From positions 11,820-75,819 of the forward strand of contig JBEKCS010000008.1 of NCBI GenBank assembly GCA_050014755.1: 64,000 nt of DNA. The letters run 5' to 3'. How positions within the stretch are numbered: the first letter of the stretch is position 1; every line of letters begins with the position of its first letter. The DNA is from Acidimicrobiales bacterium. Its GTDB lineage: Bacteria > Actinomycetota > Acidimicrobiia > Acidimicrobiales > RAAP-2. The notes below the pieces were generated by a model, which was given only the letters and a program-made list of their open reading frames with translations, had not been told where the DNA came from and did not search any database. The translations under genes and the position numbers were made by a program. This document shows positions 52,872 through 61,936 of the stretch, in pieces.

Positions 52872-54584
52872 TCACAGGTCCCAGAACCGTTCGCGTCCGT
52901 ACTCGGCCATCCGGCGGTGCAGCTCGTCCGCCTCCGCCGGACCGAAGGGCCGGAACGCCGGCTCACCCCGGAGCCGGATCCACAGGTCGTCGCCCCCGGT
53001 GAGGTCGGGACGGTACTTCTGGTGGACGAGAGTGCGGGTCAGCACCTTGTTGGTCGGTGACGTCGGCATGGACGATGTCACCCGTACGTGGGTCGGCCGC
53101 CACTTGGGGCTCATGTCGTCCTGTTCGTCGATCCACGTGGCGAAGGCCACCGGGTCGAACCTGGCTCCGGCTCGCAGCACCACGGCGACCATGACCCGGT
53201 CGCCGGCCTCGGGGTCGGGCACGCCGTAGGCCGCGCAGGACAGCACGTCGGGGTGGCGGGCCACCACGGTCTCGATCGGGACGACCGGGAAGTTCTCGCC
53301 GTCCACCCGGATCCAGTCGGCGTTGCGACCGGCGAAGTACAGGAACCCCTGCTCGTCCACGTACCCGAGGTCCCCGCTCCAGTACCAGCCGTTGCGGGTG
53401 GCCCGCTCGTTGGCCTCGTCGTTGTTGTAGTAGCCCTCGAAGACCCCCACACCCGACGTGTTGACGATCTCGCCCACACAGGCCACCGGATCGACGAGGG
53501 TGCCGGTCGCGTCGAACGTGGCCCGGGGGAGCTCCTCCCCGTCCTCGGAGACGATCCGCAGCTCCGGCCCCGCCCGGCCGACCGAGCCGGCCGGGGCGTC
53601 GTCCGCCCGGGTCACGGCCAGGCCGCCTTCGGTGGCGCCGAAGCCGTCGATCACCCGGACACCGAACCGCTCCGCGAAGGCCTCGACGATCTGCGGTGCA
53701 CCCTCGTTCCCGTAGGCGACCCGAAGCGTGTTGTCGGCATCGTCCGGTCGCTCGGGCTGGGCCAGGATGTAGGCCAGGGGCTTGCCCGTGTAGTTGAAGT
53801 AGGTGGCACCGAACCGGCGGACGTCGGGAAGCCAGCCCGACGCGGAAAACCGGCGGGCCAGTCCCACCGACGCCCCGACGACCACCGACGGGGCCCATCC
53901 CACCATCACCGAGTTGGAGTGGAACAGCGGCATCGACACGTAGCCGATGTCGTCCGGCCCGACCCCCATCATCTGGGCCATCCGGTTGCCGGTCACCAGG
54001 ATCCGGCGCTGCGAGCAGATGACCGCCTTGGGGGCGGCGGCCGTCCCGCTGGTGAAGATGAGGGCCCACGGCCGGTCCAGGTCGGACTCGGCGTGGGGAT
54101 CGTCGTCGGGCACGCCGGCCAGCGCCCCGTCGAGGGACTCCCCCACCACCAGTACGTCGTCCAGCCGTTCGAGCACCGGGGCGATCAGGTCGCGGTGCCG
54201 GGGCTCGTAGACGACGAGACCGCAGTCGGTGTGGCTGACGTCGTGGAGGAGGTGGTCGCCGCTGCGGGTGTGGTTGACGCCGACCACCGTGGCCCCGGAC
54301 AGGGCCGCACCGCCGAAGGCGAAGAGGTACTCGGGGATGTTGTCGAGGAGGATCCCGACATGGAGCGGGCGGTCGGGGCGGGCCGACCGGAGGAACAGGT
54401 TGGCCCACCGGCACGACTCCCGGTAGTACTCGGCGTGGGTGATGACCCGGTCCTCGAAGCGGATGGCGGCACGCCCGCCGATGTCGGGATCGGCGGCATT
54501 GCCCCGCAGGAGTGCCGCCGCACTCTCCGCCGGCAGCGCGGCCTGTCCGAGTGCCGGTGCGTCGCCCACGGAAGGGGTGGTCAT
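52872..54584 (-). CDS. AMP-dependent acyl-CoA synthetase (FadD-like)
   Basis: LIFTSGTAAAPKAV, GATEG and SGDLGYVDEQGFLYFAGRNAD. Confidence 0.9.
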   Translation of the reverse strand: MTTPSVGDAPALGQAALPAESAAALLRGNAADPDIGGRAAIRFEDRVITHAEYYRESCRWANLFLRSARPDRPLHVGILLDNIPEYLFAFGGAALSGATVVGVNHTRSGDHLLHDVSHTDCGLVVYEPRHRDLIAPVLERLDDVLVVGESLDGALAGVPDDDPHAESDLDRPWALIFTSGTAAAPKAVICSQRRILVTGNRMAQMMGVGPDDIGYVSMPLFHSNSVMVGWAPSVVVGASVGLARRFSASGWLPDVRRFGATYFNYTGKPLAYILAQPERPDDADNTLRVAYGNEGAPQIVEAFAERFGVRVIDGFGATEGGLAVTRADDAPAGSVGRAGPELRIVSEDGEELPRATFDATGTLVDPVACVGEIVNTSGVGVFEGYYNNDEANERATRNGWYWSGDLGYVDEQGFLYFAGRNADWIRVDGENFPVVPIETVVARHPDVLSCAAYGVPDPEAGDRVMVAVVLRAGARFDPVAFATWIDEQDDMSPKWRPTHVRVTSSMPTSPTNKVLTRTLVHQKYRPDLTGGDDLWIRLRGEPAFRPFGPAEADELHRRMAEYGRERFWDL

Positions 54585-54603
54585 CGTCGGGTGCCTCGCC
54601 TCG

Positions 54604-55683
54604 TCACATCACGTCGATCCCGGCCACGACCGACTCGCGCAGGCCGGAAGCGAGGGCGCTCCGGTGGAACGCGGCGTCGCCGAAGTCGAGTTGGGAGAAC
54701 TGTGCCCGCTTGATGAACAGGTGCAGGTCGTGCTCCCACGTGAAGCCGATCCCACCGTGGACCTGCAGACCCGATGCCATCACCCGCTTGGACGCGTCCG
54801 CGCACCACACCTTGGCGGTGGAAGCGGCCAGCTCCCACCCCGGCTCGCCGGTCGACGCCGCCCATGCCGCGTACCAGGTGGCCGATCGCATGCCTTCGAC
54901 GTCGACCAGCATGTCCGCGCAACGGTGCTTGACCGCCTGGAAGCTGCCGATGGGGGCACCGAACTGGACCCGGTCCTTGGCGTAGGCGGTGGCCAGCTCG
55001 AGTACCCGCCCGGCACCGCCGAGGAGCTCGGCGGACGTCGCGAGCGCCCCGAGCGCCCCGAGGCGGGCCGACTCGAACGGCCCACCCAGCCGGGTCGCCG
55101 GAGTGTCCTCCAACGTGAGCCACGACAGCGTCCGGGTGACGTCCATGGCCGGCTCGGGCCGGGGACGACCGACGGCGACCAGATCGACCAGGAAGACGCC
55201 GTCGGGCACGACCACCACGGCGACATCGGCGACGGCCCCACCCTCGACCGGCCCGAGCCGGCCGGTCAGGGCCACCCGGGCTCCGTCGTCACGGGTCGCC
55301 ACGGCACCGGGGCGTCCCGACCACGCCACCACGGCGGTGCCCGAGCCCTCGATGAGGGAAGCGGCCTCCGCGAGGTGCTCGTCGCGGTGGGCCAGCGCGT
55401 CGAGTGCCAGCAACTGCGGTGCGAACGGCACCGGGGAGGTGTGTCGGCCGATCTCCTCCAGCAGTACCACCGCCTCGACCCAACCGAGTCCGAGACCGCC
55501 CCGGTCCTCGGCGACGGCCACCGCCGGCCATCCCTGGTCGACCATCGCCGTCCAGAGCGCGACGTCGTACGGGGCTCCGGACGCGAGATGGGCACGCACC
55601 TGCGTAGGACCCGACCGACGGTCGAGCAACTGACGGGCAGCGTCCTGGAGAGCAACCTGGTCGACCGAGAGATCGAAGTCCAT
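54604..55683 (-). CDS. Acyl-CoA dehydrogenase family protein, beta-like (non-catalytic-type) subunit
   Basis: MDFDLSVDQVALQDAARQLL, YAKDRVQFGAPIGSFQAVKH and HGGIGFTWEHDLHLFIKRA. There is no C-terminal catalytic-Glu motif. It resembles module 1 of the fused gene at 14111-16351. Confidence 0.8.
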   Translation of the reverse strand: MDFDLSVDQVALQDAARQLLDRRSGPTQVRAHLASGAPYDVALWTAMVDQGWPAVAVAEDRGGLGLGWVEAVVLLEEIGRHTSPVPFAPQLLALDALAHRDEHLAEAASLIEGSGTAVVAWSGRPGAVATRDDGARVALTGRLGPVEGGAVADVAVVVVPDGVFLVDLVAVGRPRPEPAMDVTRTLSWLTLEDTPATRLGGPFESARLGALGALATSAELLGGAGRVLELATAYAKDRVQFGAPIGSFQAVKHRCADMLVDVEGMRSATWYAAWAASTGEPGWELAASTAKVWCADASKRVMASGLQVHGGIGFTWEHDLHLFIKRAQFSQLDFGDAAFHRSALASGLRESVVAGIDVM

Positions 55684-55689
55684 AGCCGG

Positions 55690-55696
55690 ATAGTAT
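55690..55696. promoter_or_regulatory. Shared A/T hexamer (ATAGTAT) in the 34-43 bp divergent ACAD intergenic region, -10-like on both strands
   Basis: The minus strand reads TACTAT, then 6 nt, then ATG 55683, which looks leaderless. The plus strand reads TAGTAT about 30 nt before GTG 55727. Confidence 0.3.
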
Positions 55697-55726
55697 GACC
55701 GCGATGTCGACGTCCGAGTGGGGCCA

Positions 55727-56974
55727 GTGGACCTGAGTCCGAGCGCCGCCGAGACGGCGCTCCGATCCGACATCCGCTCGTGGCTGCAGGAACATCTCCC
55801 CTGGGAGTACGGCAAGGGGCTGCCCCCGCGCTTCGACGACCTGGCCGACGAGGTGGCGTTCGGCCGTCGGTGGCAGGCCCAGCTGGCCGCCGACCGGTGG
55901 GTGGGCGTGACCTGGCCCGAGGCCTACGGCGGACGGGGAGCGGGACCGACCGAGCACTTCATCGTGCAAGAGGAGCTGGCCCGGGCCCGGGCCCCGGAGC
56001 TGGTCGGTCGGATCGGGATCAACCTGGCCGGGCCCACGCTCCTCGCCCACGGCACCGAGGACCAGCGGGCGCGCTGGCTGCCGGGGATCCTCGACGCCCG
56101 CGAGATGTGGTGCCAACTGTTCAGCGAACCCGGGGCCGGCAGCGACCTGGCCTCGGTCTCGACACGGGCCACACCGGTGTCCGGGGGTTGGGTGCTGGAC
56201 GGTCAGAAGGTATGGACCTCCTATGCCCAGTTCGCCGACTGGGGCGTGTGCCTGGCCCGCTCCGACCCCGACGCCCCCAAGCACCAGGGGCTGTCCTACC
56301 TGGTGGTGGACATGCACGATCCGGGTGTCGACGTGCGACCACTCGTCCAGTTGACCGGCGAGGCCGAGTTCAACGAGGTCTTCCTCGACGGGGTCTTCGT
56401 GCCGACCGATCGACTCATCGGACCGGTCCACCACGGATGGACCGTGGCCAACGCCACGCTCTCCCACGAGCGGGGTACCAATCCGCGCCAGCTGGTGATC
56501 CACATGCAGCTCCTGGAGGAGCTCCTCACCCTGGCCGCGTCGAACGGCGCCTTCGACGACGTGCGGCTCCGCCAACGGCTGGCCCAGGCCTACGTCGAGG
56601 TCCGCCTGTTCCGACTCCACAACTTGCGGAGCATCAGCCGGCTGGCCAAGGGCCTCGAGCCCGGGCCCGAGGGCAGCGCCCTCAAGCTCTACTGGAGCGA
56701 GATGAGCAAGCGCCTGCACGACACGGCCATGGCCGTGCTCGGCGACGCCGCGCCCTTGTGGAAGGGCGCCGAGCACACTCCCGGGGACGGGGAGTGGCAG
56801 CGCTCCTGGCTCTACTACCAGGCCTCGTCGGTATGGGCCGGGACGAACGAGATCCAGCGGACCATACTGGGCGAACGGGTGCTCGGACTGCCCCGGCCGG
56901 CCAAGGAGCGGACCGAACGCTCCGCCGGACGTGACGACGATCGGACGAAAGGAAGTGTGGCAACCCGTGGATGA
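55727..56974 (+). CDS. Acyl-CoA dehydrogenase, alpha-like catalytic subunit
   Basis: VDLSPSAAETALRSDIRSWLQEHLP, WCQLFSEPGAGSDLA and AGTNEIQRTILGERVLGLP. GTG 55727 is preferred and GTG 55718 is an alternative. It resembles module 2 of 14111-16351. Confidence 0.85.
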   Translation: MDLSPSAAETALRSDIRSWLQEHLPWEYGKGLPPRFDDLADEVAFGRRWQAQLAADRWVGVTWPEAYGGRGAGPTEHFIVQEELARARAPELVGRIGINLAGPTLLAHGTEDQRARWLPGILDAREMWCQLFSEPGAGSDLASVSTRATPVSGGWVLDGQKVWTSYAQFADWGVCLARSDPDAPKHQGLSYLVVDMHDPGVDVRPLVQLTGEAEFNEVFLDGVFVPTDRLIGPVHHGWTVANATLSHERGTNPRQLVIHMQLLEELLTLAASNGAFDDVRLRQRLAQAYVEVRLFRLHNLRSISRLAKGLEPGPEGSALKLYWSEMSKRLHDTAMAVLGDAAPLWKGAEHTPGDGEWQRSWLYYQASSVWAGTNEIQRTILGERVLGLPRPAKERTERSAGRDDDRTKGSVATRG

Positions 56975-57791
56975 ACCGGTGGTGCTGTACGAAACGCGTG
57001 GGCACGTCGCCACGATCACCATGAACCGGCCGACGTTGGCCAACGCACAGGACACCGCGCTCATCGACGGCATCGACGCCTGCTTCGACCGGGCCGACGC
57101 CGACGACGACGTCAGGGTGGTCGTGCTGGCCGGGAACGGAAAGCACTTCTCGTCCGGCCACGACCTGAAGGCACTGGTGGGGGACACCGAACCCGACGAG
57201 TGGCGCCTGATGCGCGACACCCCCGAGGGGAAGTTCCGCCACGAGCAGATCATGTACGTCGACCGCTGCCAGCGGATCTACCACTTCCGCAAGCCGACCA
57301 TCGCCGCCGTCCAGGGGGCGTGCGTCGCCGCCGGGCTCATGCTGGCCTGCATGTGCGACCTGATCGTGGCCAGCGACGACGCCACGTTCCAGAATCCGGT
57401 CCTCCGGATGACCGGCGCCGGGGTCGAGCTGCTGGTCGAACCCTGGGAGCTCGGGATCCGCAAGGCCAAGGAGTTCATGTGGACCGGCGAGAAGCTCGAC
57501 GCCCAGGAGGCCTGGCGCCTCGGGCTCGTCAACCGGGTCGTCCCCCGTGACGAGCTCACCCGACGGGTGAACGAGTTGGCGGACCGGGTGGCCCTCGTGC
57601 CGCCGGCGACCGCCCAGGTCGTCAAGGACTCGCTCAACCACACGGCCACCCTGATGGGCAAGGAATCCTCCTGGAAGTACCACTTCATGGCCCACCAGTG
57701 GATGCACAACTCCGCGACGGCCGCGTCGGCCCTGGCGGCGCGCAAGGAGAAGACGTCGATGTCCGAGGTCTTCGCCGAGCACCGTGAGTGA
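56931..57791 (+). CDS. Enoyl-CoA hydratase/isomerase family protein
   Basis: ITMNRPTLANAQ, VLAGNGKHFSSGHDL and AAVQGACVAAG. The start is uncertain (GTG 56967 is an alternative). It overlaps the tail of the ACAD gene. Confidence 0.85.
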   Translation: MTTIGRKEVWQPVDEPVVLYETRGHVATITMNRPTLANAQDTALIDGIDACFDRADADDDVRVVVLAGNGKHFSSGHDLKALVGDTEPDEWRLMRDTPEGKFRHEQIMYVDRCQRIYHFRKPTIAAVQGACVAAGLMLACMCDLIVASDDATFQNPVLRMTGAGVELLVEPWELGIRKAKEFMWTGEKLDAQEAWRLGLVNRVVPRDELTRRVNELADRVALVPPATAQVVKDSLNHTATLMGKESSWKYHFMAHQWMHNSATAASALAARKEKTSMSEVFAEHRE

Positions 57792-59007
57792 CCCGGCCGA
57801 CCGGCCGCCACTCCAGGGCATCCGGGTCGTCGACGTCGGTACCCGGATCAGCGCGCCGTTCTGCGCCGGCGTGCTCGGTGACATGGGGGCCGACGTAATC
57901 AAGATCGAGGACCCCGAGGGTGGCGACTTCATGCGCACCATCGGTCCCTTCGCCCCGACCGACGACGAGGGGCCGGGGTACTCGATGTGGTGGGCCGTCG
58001 AGGGTCGGGGCAGACGGGGCATCACCCTCGACCTGCGCCGCCCCGAGGGCCAGGCGCTCTTCCGGCGCCTGGCGGCCACCGCCGACGTCGTCTGCGAAAA
58101 CTTCCGGCCCGGCGCCATGGAGCGCTGGCACATCGGGCCCGACGACTGCGACCCCCGGCTGGTCTGGGCCCGCATCAGCGTGTTCGGCCAGGACGGACCG
58201 TACTCAGGACGTACCGGACTCGACCGGATGGGGATCGCGTACGGGGGCCTGCTCCACCTGACCGGCTATCCCGACCGGCCACCGGTGCGCCCCGGGCTGT
58301 CGATCTCGGACTACCTGACCGGCACCTTCGCCGCCTCCGCCGTGGCCGCCGCCCTCTACCGGCGGGACGGACCGGACGGGACCGGACGGGGCGGCGTGGT
58401 GGACGCCCCGCTCTACGGGTCCATCCTCCGCATCCTCGAGTGGACGGTCGCCGCCCGGGACCGACTGGGCCTGACCCGCCAGCGCGAGGGCAATCGGATG
58501 GCCAACTCGGCCCCCCTGGACAACTACCCGACCGCCGACGGCACCTACGTCTGCATCGTGGCCGGCTCGGACACCAACTTCAGGCGCCTGTGCGCAGCCA
58601 TGGGCCGCCCCGGATTGGCCGACGAGCCCGAGTGGGCCACGTTGGCACAGCGGGCGGCCCGCAGCGACGAGATCAACGACCTGGTGGCTGCGTGGACGTC
58701 CGGACTGGCGGCGGCCGACGTGGAGGCGGCGTGCATCGCCCACGAGGTTCCGGTGGCTACCGCGTACACCGCCGCCGACATCCTGGGCGACCCCCACGTG
58801 GCCGCCCGGGGCGACCTGGTCACCGTGGACGACCCGGTCGCCGGCCCCCATCGCCAACAGGCGCCCTTCCCCCGGTTGGACGGGCATCGCCCCGTGGCGC
58901 CCCGCCCCGCGCCCCTGCTCGGCGAGCACAACGACGAGGTGTGGTGCGGACTGGTCGGCCTGTCCGCCGACCAACTCGAGGGCTACCGTGCCGACGGTGT
59001 CATCTGA
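57784..59007 (+). CDS. CaiB/BaiF family (class III) CoA-transferase
   Basis: GIRVVDVGTRISAPFCAGVLGDMGADVIKIEDPEGGD in the canonical order. The GTG start overlaps the stop of the previous gene. Confidence 0.9.
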   Translation: MSDPADRPPLQGIRVVDVGTRISAPFCAGVLGDMGADVIKIEDPEGGDFMRTIGPFAPTDDEGPGYSMWWAVEGRGRRGITLDLRRPEGQALFRRLAATADVVCENFRPGAMERWHIGPDDCDPRLVWARISVFGQDGPYSGRTGLDRMGIAYGGLLHLTGYPDRPPVRPGLSISDYLTGTFAASAVAAALYRRDGPDGTGRGGVVDAPLYGSILRILEWTVAARDRLGLTRQREGNRMANSAPLDNYPTADGTYVCIVAGSDTNFRRLCAAMGRPGLADEPEWATLAQRAARSDEINDLVAAWTSGLAAADVEAACIAHEVPVATAYTAADILGDPHVAARGDLVTVDDPVAGPHRQQAPFPRLDGHRPVAPRPAPLLGEHNDEVWCGLVGLSADQLEGYRADGVI

Positions 59008-59031
59008 GCGACGGGCACGGACCGCAGGCGA

Positions 59032-59337
59032 TCAGGCGATTCGGGAACGGCGGCGCATGACCACTGCCCCGATCACGACGGCACCGGCGCCCAATACGCC
59101 AAGTCCCACGATGTCGGCACCGGTGAAGGGCAGGGCCGACGAGCCGTTGGGCACGCTGGTGACCGATGTTCCCTTCGACGGTTGGCCCGAGGTCGTGGTG
59201 GGCGTCACCGCCGTGCCGCTCACGGTCGAGGGAGTACAGCCGGTGTAGCAGCCAGCCGCGCCGGCCGTCGCCGGAAGGACCACGAACGACATCGCGGCGA
59301 ATCCGACGGCGATCATGAACTTCGGGAACCTGTGCAT
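59032..59337 (-). CDS. Small LPXTG-type cell-wall-anchored surface protein (101 aa)
   Basis: Signal peptide MHRFPKFMIAVGFAAMSFVVLPATAGA, a Thr/Ser-rich middle, and LPFTG plus a hydrophobic helix plus RRRSR at the C-terminus. GGAGGAGG lies upstream of ATG 59337. The rest of the 413-aa track ORF is antisense shadow. Confidence 0.7.
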   Translation of the reverse strand: MHRFPKFMIAVGFAAMSFVVLPATAGAAGCYTGCTPSTVSGTAVTPTTTSGQPSKGTSVTSVPNGSSALPFTGADIVGLGVLGAGAVVIGAVVMRRRSRIA

Positions 59338-59523
59338 CTCGTGCCTCCTCCGCAGCGACGAACCTGACCGCGCCGCCCCCATTCCGGGGCGCGCCTTGCT
59401 GCGCCTGCACTTCCAGTATCGGTCCGGCGCTCCGTCATTCGCCAGGGTCGAACGACACATTCGGTCGATTCCTGCACGACGCCGACCCAACGGGCAGGCT
59501 GTAGGCATGACGGCGGTCCATCC

Positions 59524-60276
59524 ATGACGGCGGTCCCCGACACCCGTCACGTGGTCGTGCTCGCGCCCTTGCCGCTCGAATTCGACGCCGTCGTGACGGC
59601 ATTCGCACTCCGACCGCCAGACGACGGTGTCGAGGCGCCCGTGACGGGCCGCATCGGCGGCTCCCGTGTGTCCGTCGTCCGGCTGGGGATGGGGATGCAC
59701 TCGGCCAGGGCCGTGACGTCCGGCCTCGTCGACAGGTCGGCGTCGGAGCACCAGCCCGTGGATCACGTGATGGTGGTCGGCATCTGCGGAGGGTTCGATC
59801 CCGACGTCGACGTCGGCACCCTGGTGATACCCGAGGTCGTCGTCGACCTGGCCAGTGGCGCCACGTTCCGCCAGGCGCCGATCGGTTCCGAGCCCCGCTC
59901 GGGCAAGCTGGCGACCACGGACGGGCCGCTGTTCGACGCCGGCACCAGCCGGAGGCTGTGCGCGGACGGGTTCCTGGGCGTGGACATGGAGACCTCGGCC
60001 GTCGCCGACGTGTGCGAGGACCGGGGGGTCCCTTGGTCGGTCTACCGGTGCATCAGCGACCGCTGGGTCGACGGCCTGCTCGATCAACGCATCGTCGACC
60101 TCACCGCCGCCGACGGTTCGAGCGATCTGGCGGCCCTCGGTCGCCTCCTCGCCTCGGACCCCGAGCTGGCGGCCCGGCTCGAGCGCCTGGGCCGTGACGC
60201 CACCCTCGCCGCCCGACGGGCCGCCGAGGCCGCGCTGGGCGGTTGCCTCGCCCTCGACCAAGCGGGCATCCACTGA
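59524..60276 (+). CDS. Nucleoside phosphorylase superfamily (PNP_UDP_1; MTA/SAH nucleosidase- or futalosine hydrolase-like) protein
   Basis: VVVLAPLPLEF, VGICGG, GVDMETSAVA and YRCISD, plus a roughly 60-aa helical C-terminal extension. Confidence 0.7.
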   Translation: MTAVPDTRHVVVLAPLPLEFDAVVTAFALRPPDDGVEAPVTGRIGGSRVSVVRLGMGMHSARAVTSGLVDRSASEHQPVDHVMVVGICGGFDPDVDVGTLVIPEVVVDLASGATFRQAPIGSEPRSGKLATTDGPLFDAGTSRRLCADGFLGVDMETSAVADVCEDRGVPWSVYRCISDRWVDGLLDQRIVDLTAADGSSDLAALGRLLASDPELAARLERLGRDATLAARRAAEAALGGCLALDQAGIH

Positions 60277-60302
60277 GCGTCGGTCGGGCCCGCCGCCGAT
60301 TC

Positions 60303-60971
60303 TCAGCAGGTCGATGCGTCGGTCAGGGCGAAGCTGTCGAGGATCGCCGTCGCCAGCCCGTGTTCGTCGCTCGGCAGCCAGAGATCGACCCGGTAGTACC
60401 CGTTCGGCGCACCACCGGCGTCGATGGCCACGATCAGACCGTTGTCGGGATAGGAGTCGGCCGGCACCGTATCGGCGGTGTCGTCACCCGGGAAGTCCGC
60501 CACGTAGGCCTCTTTGCAGGTACTGAGCACCGTCGAGGACGTCACGCCGGGGGGAAGTGCCCCGGCCGGCTCGATCCGGTTGTCGCCCGTGGCGGGGTCG
60601 GAGACACAGCCCACGCATCCGCTGTCGACGACTTCGACCCGCGAGAGCTGGTCCGTCGGATCGCTCCACAGGTAGGTGGTGTGATCCGACGGATAGCTCT
60701 CGTCGTGGTAGATCCAGGCCCCGGGTACCCGGATGGTGAACCCTCCCCCGGCGGACACCGTCGTCAGCGACGGCAAGGCCGCCGACCCGGTCGTCGACGT
60801 CGTCGAGGTCCGGCTGGTGGTCGTCGAGGTCCGGCTGGTGGTCGAGGTCCGGCTGGTGGTGGTCGAGCTGTGGCCGGCCAGGTGGCCGCCGCTGCCGCAC
60901 GCCGACACGACGACCGCCAACAGGACGGCAGGGACCACCCGGACGGATCGTGACCGCGCCGAGGTCCGCAT
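60303..60971 (-). CDS. Hypothetical lipoprotein with Ser/Thr-rich repeat linker
   Basis: Lipobox LAVVVSAC, then (T)TSRTSTT repeats, then a roughly 150-aa domain with 4 Cys. No family was recognised. Confidence 0.65.
   Translation of the reverse strand: MRTSARSRSVRVVPAVLLAVVVSACGSGGHLAGHSSTTTSRTSTTSRTSTTTSRTSTTSTTGSAALPSLTTVSAGGGFTIRVPGAWIYHDESYPSDHTTYLWSDPTDQLSRVEVVDSGCVGCVSDPATGDNRIEPAGALPPGVTSSTVLSTCKEAYVADFPGDDTADTVPADSYPDNGLIVAIDAGGAPNGYYRVDLWLPSDEHGLATAILDSFALTDASTC
60802..60859. repeat. 19-bp repeat GTCGAGGTCCGGCTGGTGG x3 (periods 21 and 18) encoding the S/T-rich linker
   Basis: Copies at 60802, 60823 and 60841, read directly. Confidence 0.85.
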
Positions 60972-61077
60972 GCGGTCAGCTTGCCACCGTCAGGGCCGTC
61001 CAGGTGGGCCGACGGGATGCGGCGATCGCGAACAGTGGGCCACCTGCAGCGGAGGACCGCGCCGGTGGCCCGACAGG

Positions 61078-61893
61078 TCAGCCCTCGGGTGGCTTGGTGG
61101 AGCCGGCGAAGTCGGGGACCCGGCGCTCGGCGAAGGCGGCCATGCCCTCGGCCATCTCCGGTGACACCGTTCCGAGCGCCTGGAAGTGCGCTTCGCGATC
61201 GAGCGAGGCCGGCAACGCCGTCTCGAAACTGGCGTTGAGCAGCTGCTTGGACAGGCCGAGCGACCGGGTGGGCCCTTGGGCCAGCCGAACCGCCAGCTCG
61301 TCGGCCGCCGCCGTCAGCTCCTCCACCGTCGGGAGGCACCGGTAGGCCAGGCCCAGGTCGACGGCCTCGGCACCGATCACCTCCTCCCCCAGCAGCACCA
61401 TGGCCTTGGCCCGCGGCAGGCCGACCAGGCGGGGCAGCAGGTACGCCCCGCCGGCGTCGACCACCAGGCCCCACCGGGCGAACGACCAGATGAACCGGGT
61501 GGTGGCCTGGGTCAGGACGAAGTCGCAGGCCAGTGCCAGGTGGGCGCCGGGACCCACCGCGGTGCCGTTGACGGCGGCCACGGTGGGCTTGTCCAGCTCC
61601 CACAGCTCGCGGATGAAGGTTTGCACCCCCTTGCGCAGCGCCTCGCTGGTGGAGCGGGGATCGAAGCCGTCCGCTCCGGCCCGACTGACCGTCGAGGCCC
61701 GCAGGTCCATACCCGAGCAGAACGAGTCGCCGGTCCCGGTCACCAGGAGCGACCGGACCCGGCCGTCGTCGCGGGCCGACCGCACCGCGTCGACCAGGTC
61801 GTCGCGCATCTCCACCGTGAGCGCGTTGCGGGCCTCCGGGCGGTCGAGGGTGATGCGCCCCACATGGTCAGGGCCGACTTCGTAGCGGATCAT
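61078..61893 (-). CDS. Enoyl-CoA hydratase/isomerase family protein
   Basis: ITLDRPEARNAL, VTGTGDSFCSGMDL and AAVNGTAVGPG. Confidence 0.9.
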   Translation of the reverse strand: MIRYEVGPDHVGRITLDRPEARNALTVEMRDDLVDAVRSARDDGRVRSLLVTGTGDSFCSGMDLRASTVSRAGADGFDPRSTSEALRKGVQTFIRELWELDKPTVAAVNGTAVGPGAHLALACDFVLTQATTRFIWSFARWGLVVDAGGAYLLPRLVGLPRAKAMVLLGEEVIGAEAVDLGLAYRCLPTVEELTAAADELAVRLAQGPTRSLGLSKQLLNASFETALPASLDREAHFQALGTVSPEMAEGMAAFAERRVPDFAGSTKPPEG

Positions 61894-61936
61894 CCCGGGA
61901 TGCTATCCGTCCACCCCGTCCACTAGCTTGCCCGTC

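Noticed and set aside
59338-60273. Upstream 310 aa of the 413-aa minus-strand ORF containing the LPXTG protein.
   Set aside because: It is antisense to the phosphorylase-like gene and shows no motifs. The signal peptide, a strong GGAGGAGG RBS and ATG 59337 define a 101-aa product.
47671-60276. Detocs-like defence idea: hybrid kinase + receiver protein + PNP-family effector.
   Set aside because: The phosphorylase-like gene is 9 kb away on the other strand and has no receiver domain. The receiver protein carries an ordinary EAL output. The kinase has a PAS sensor rather than a TPR-type sensor.
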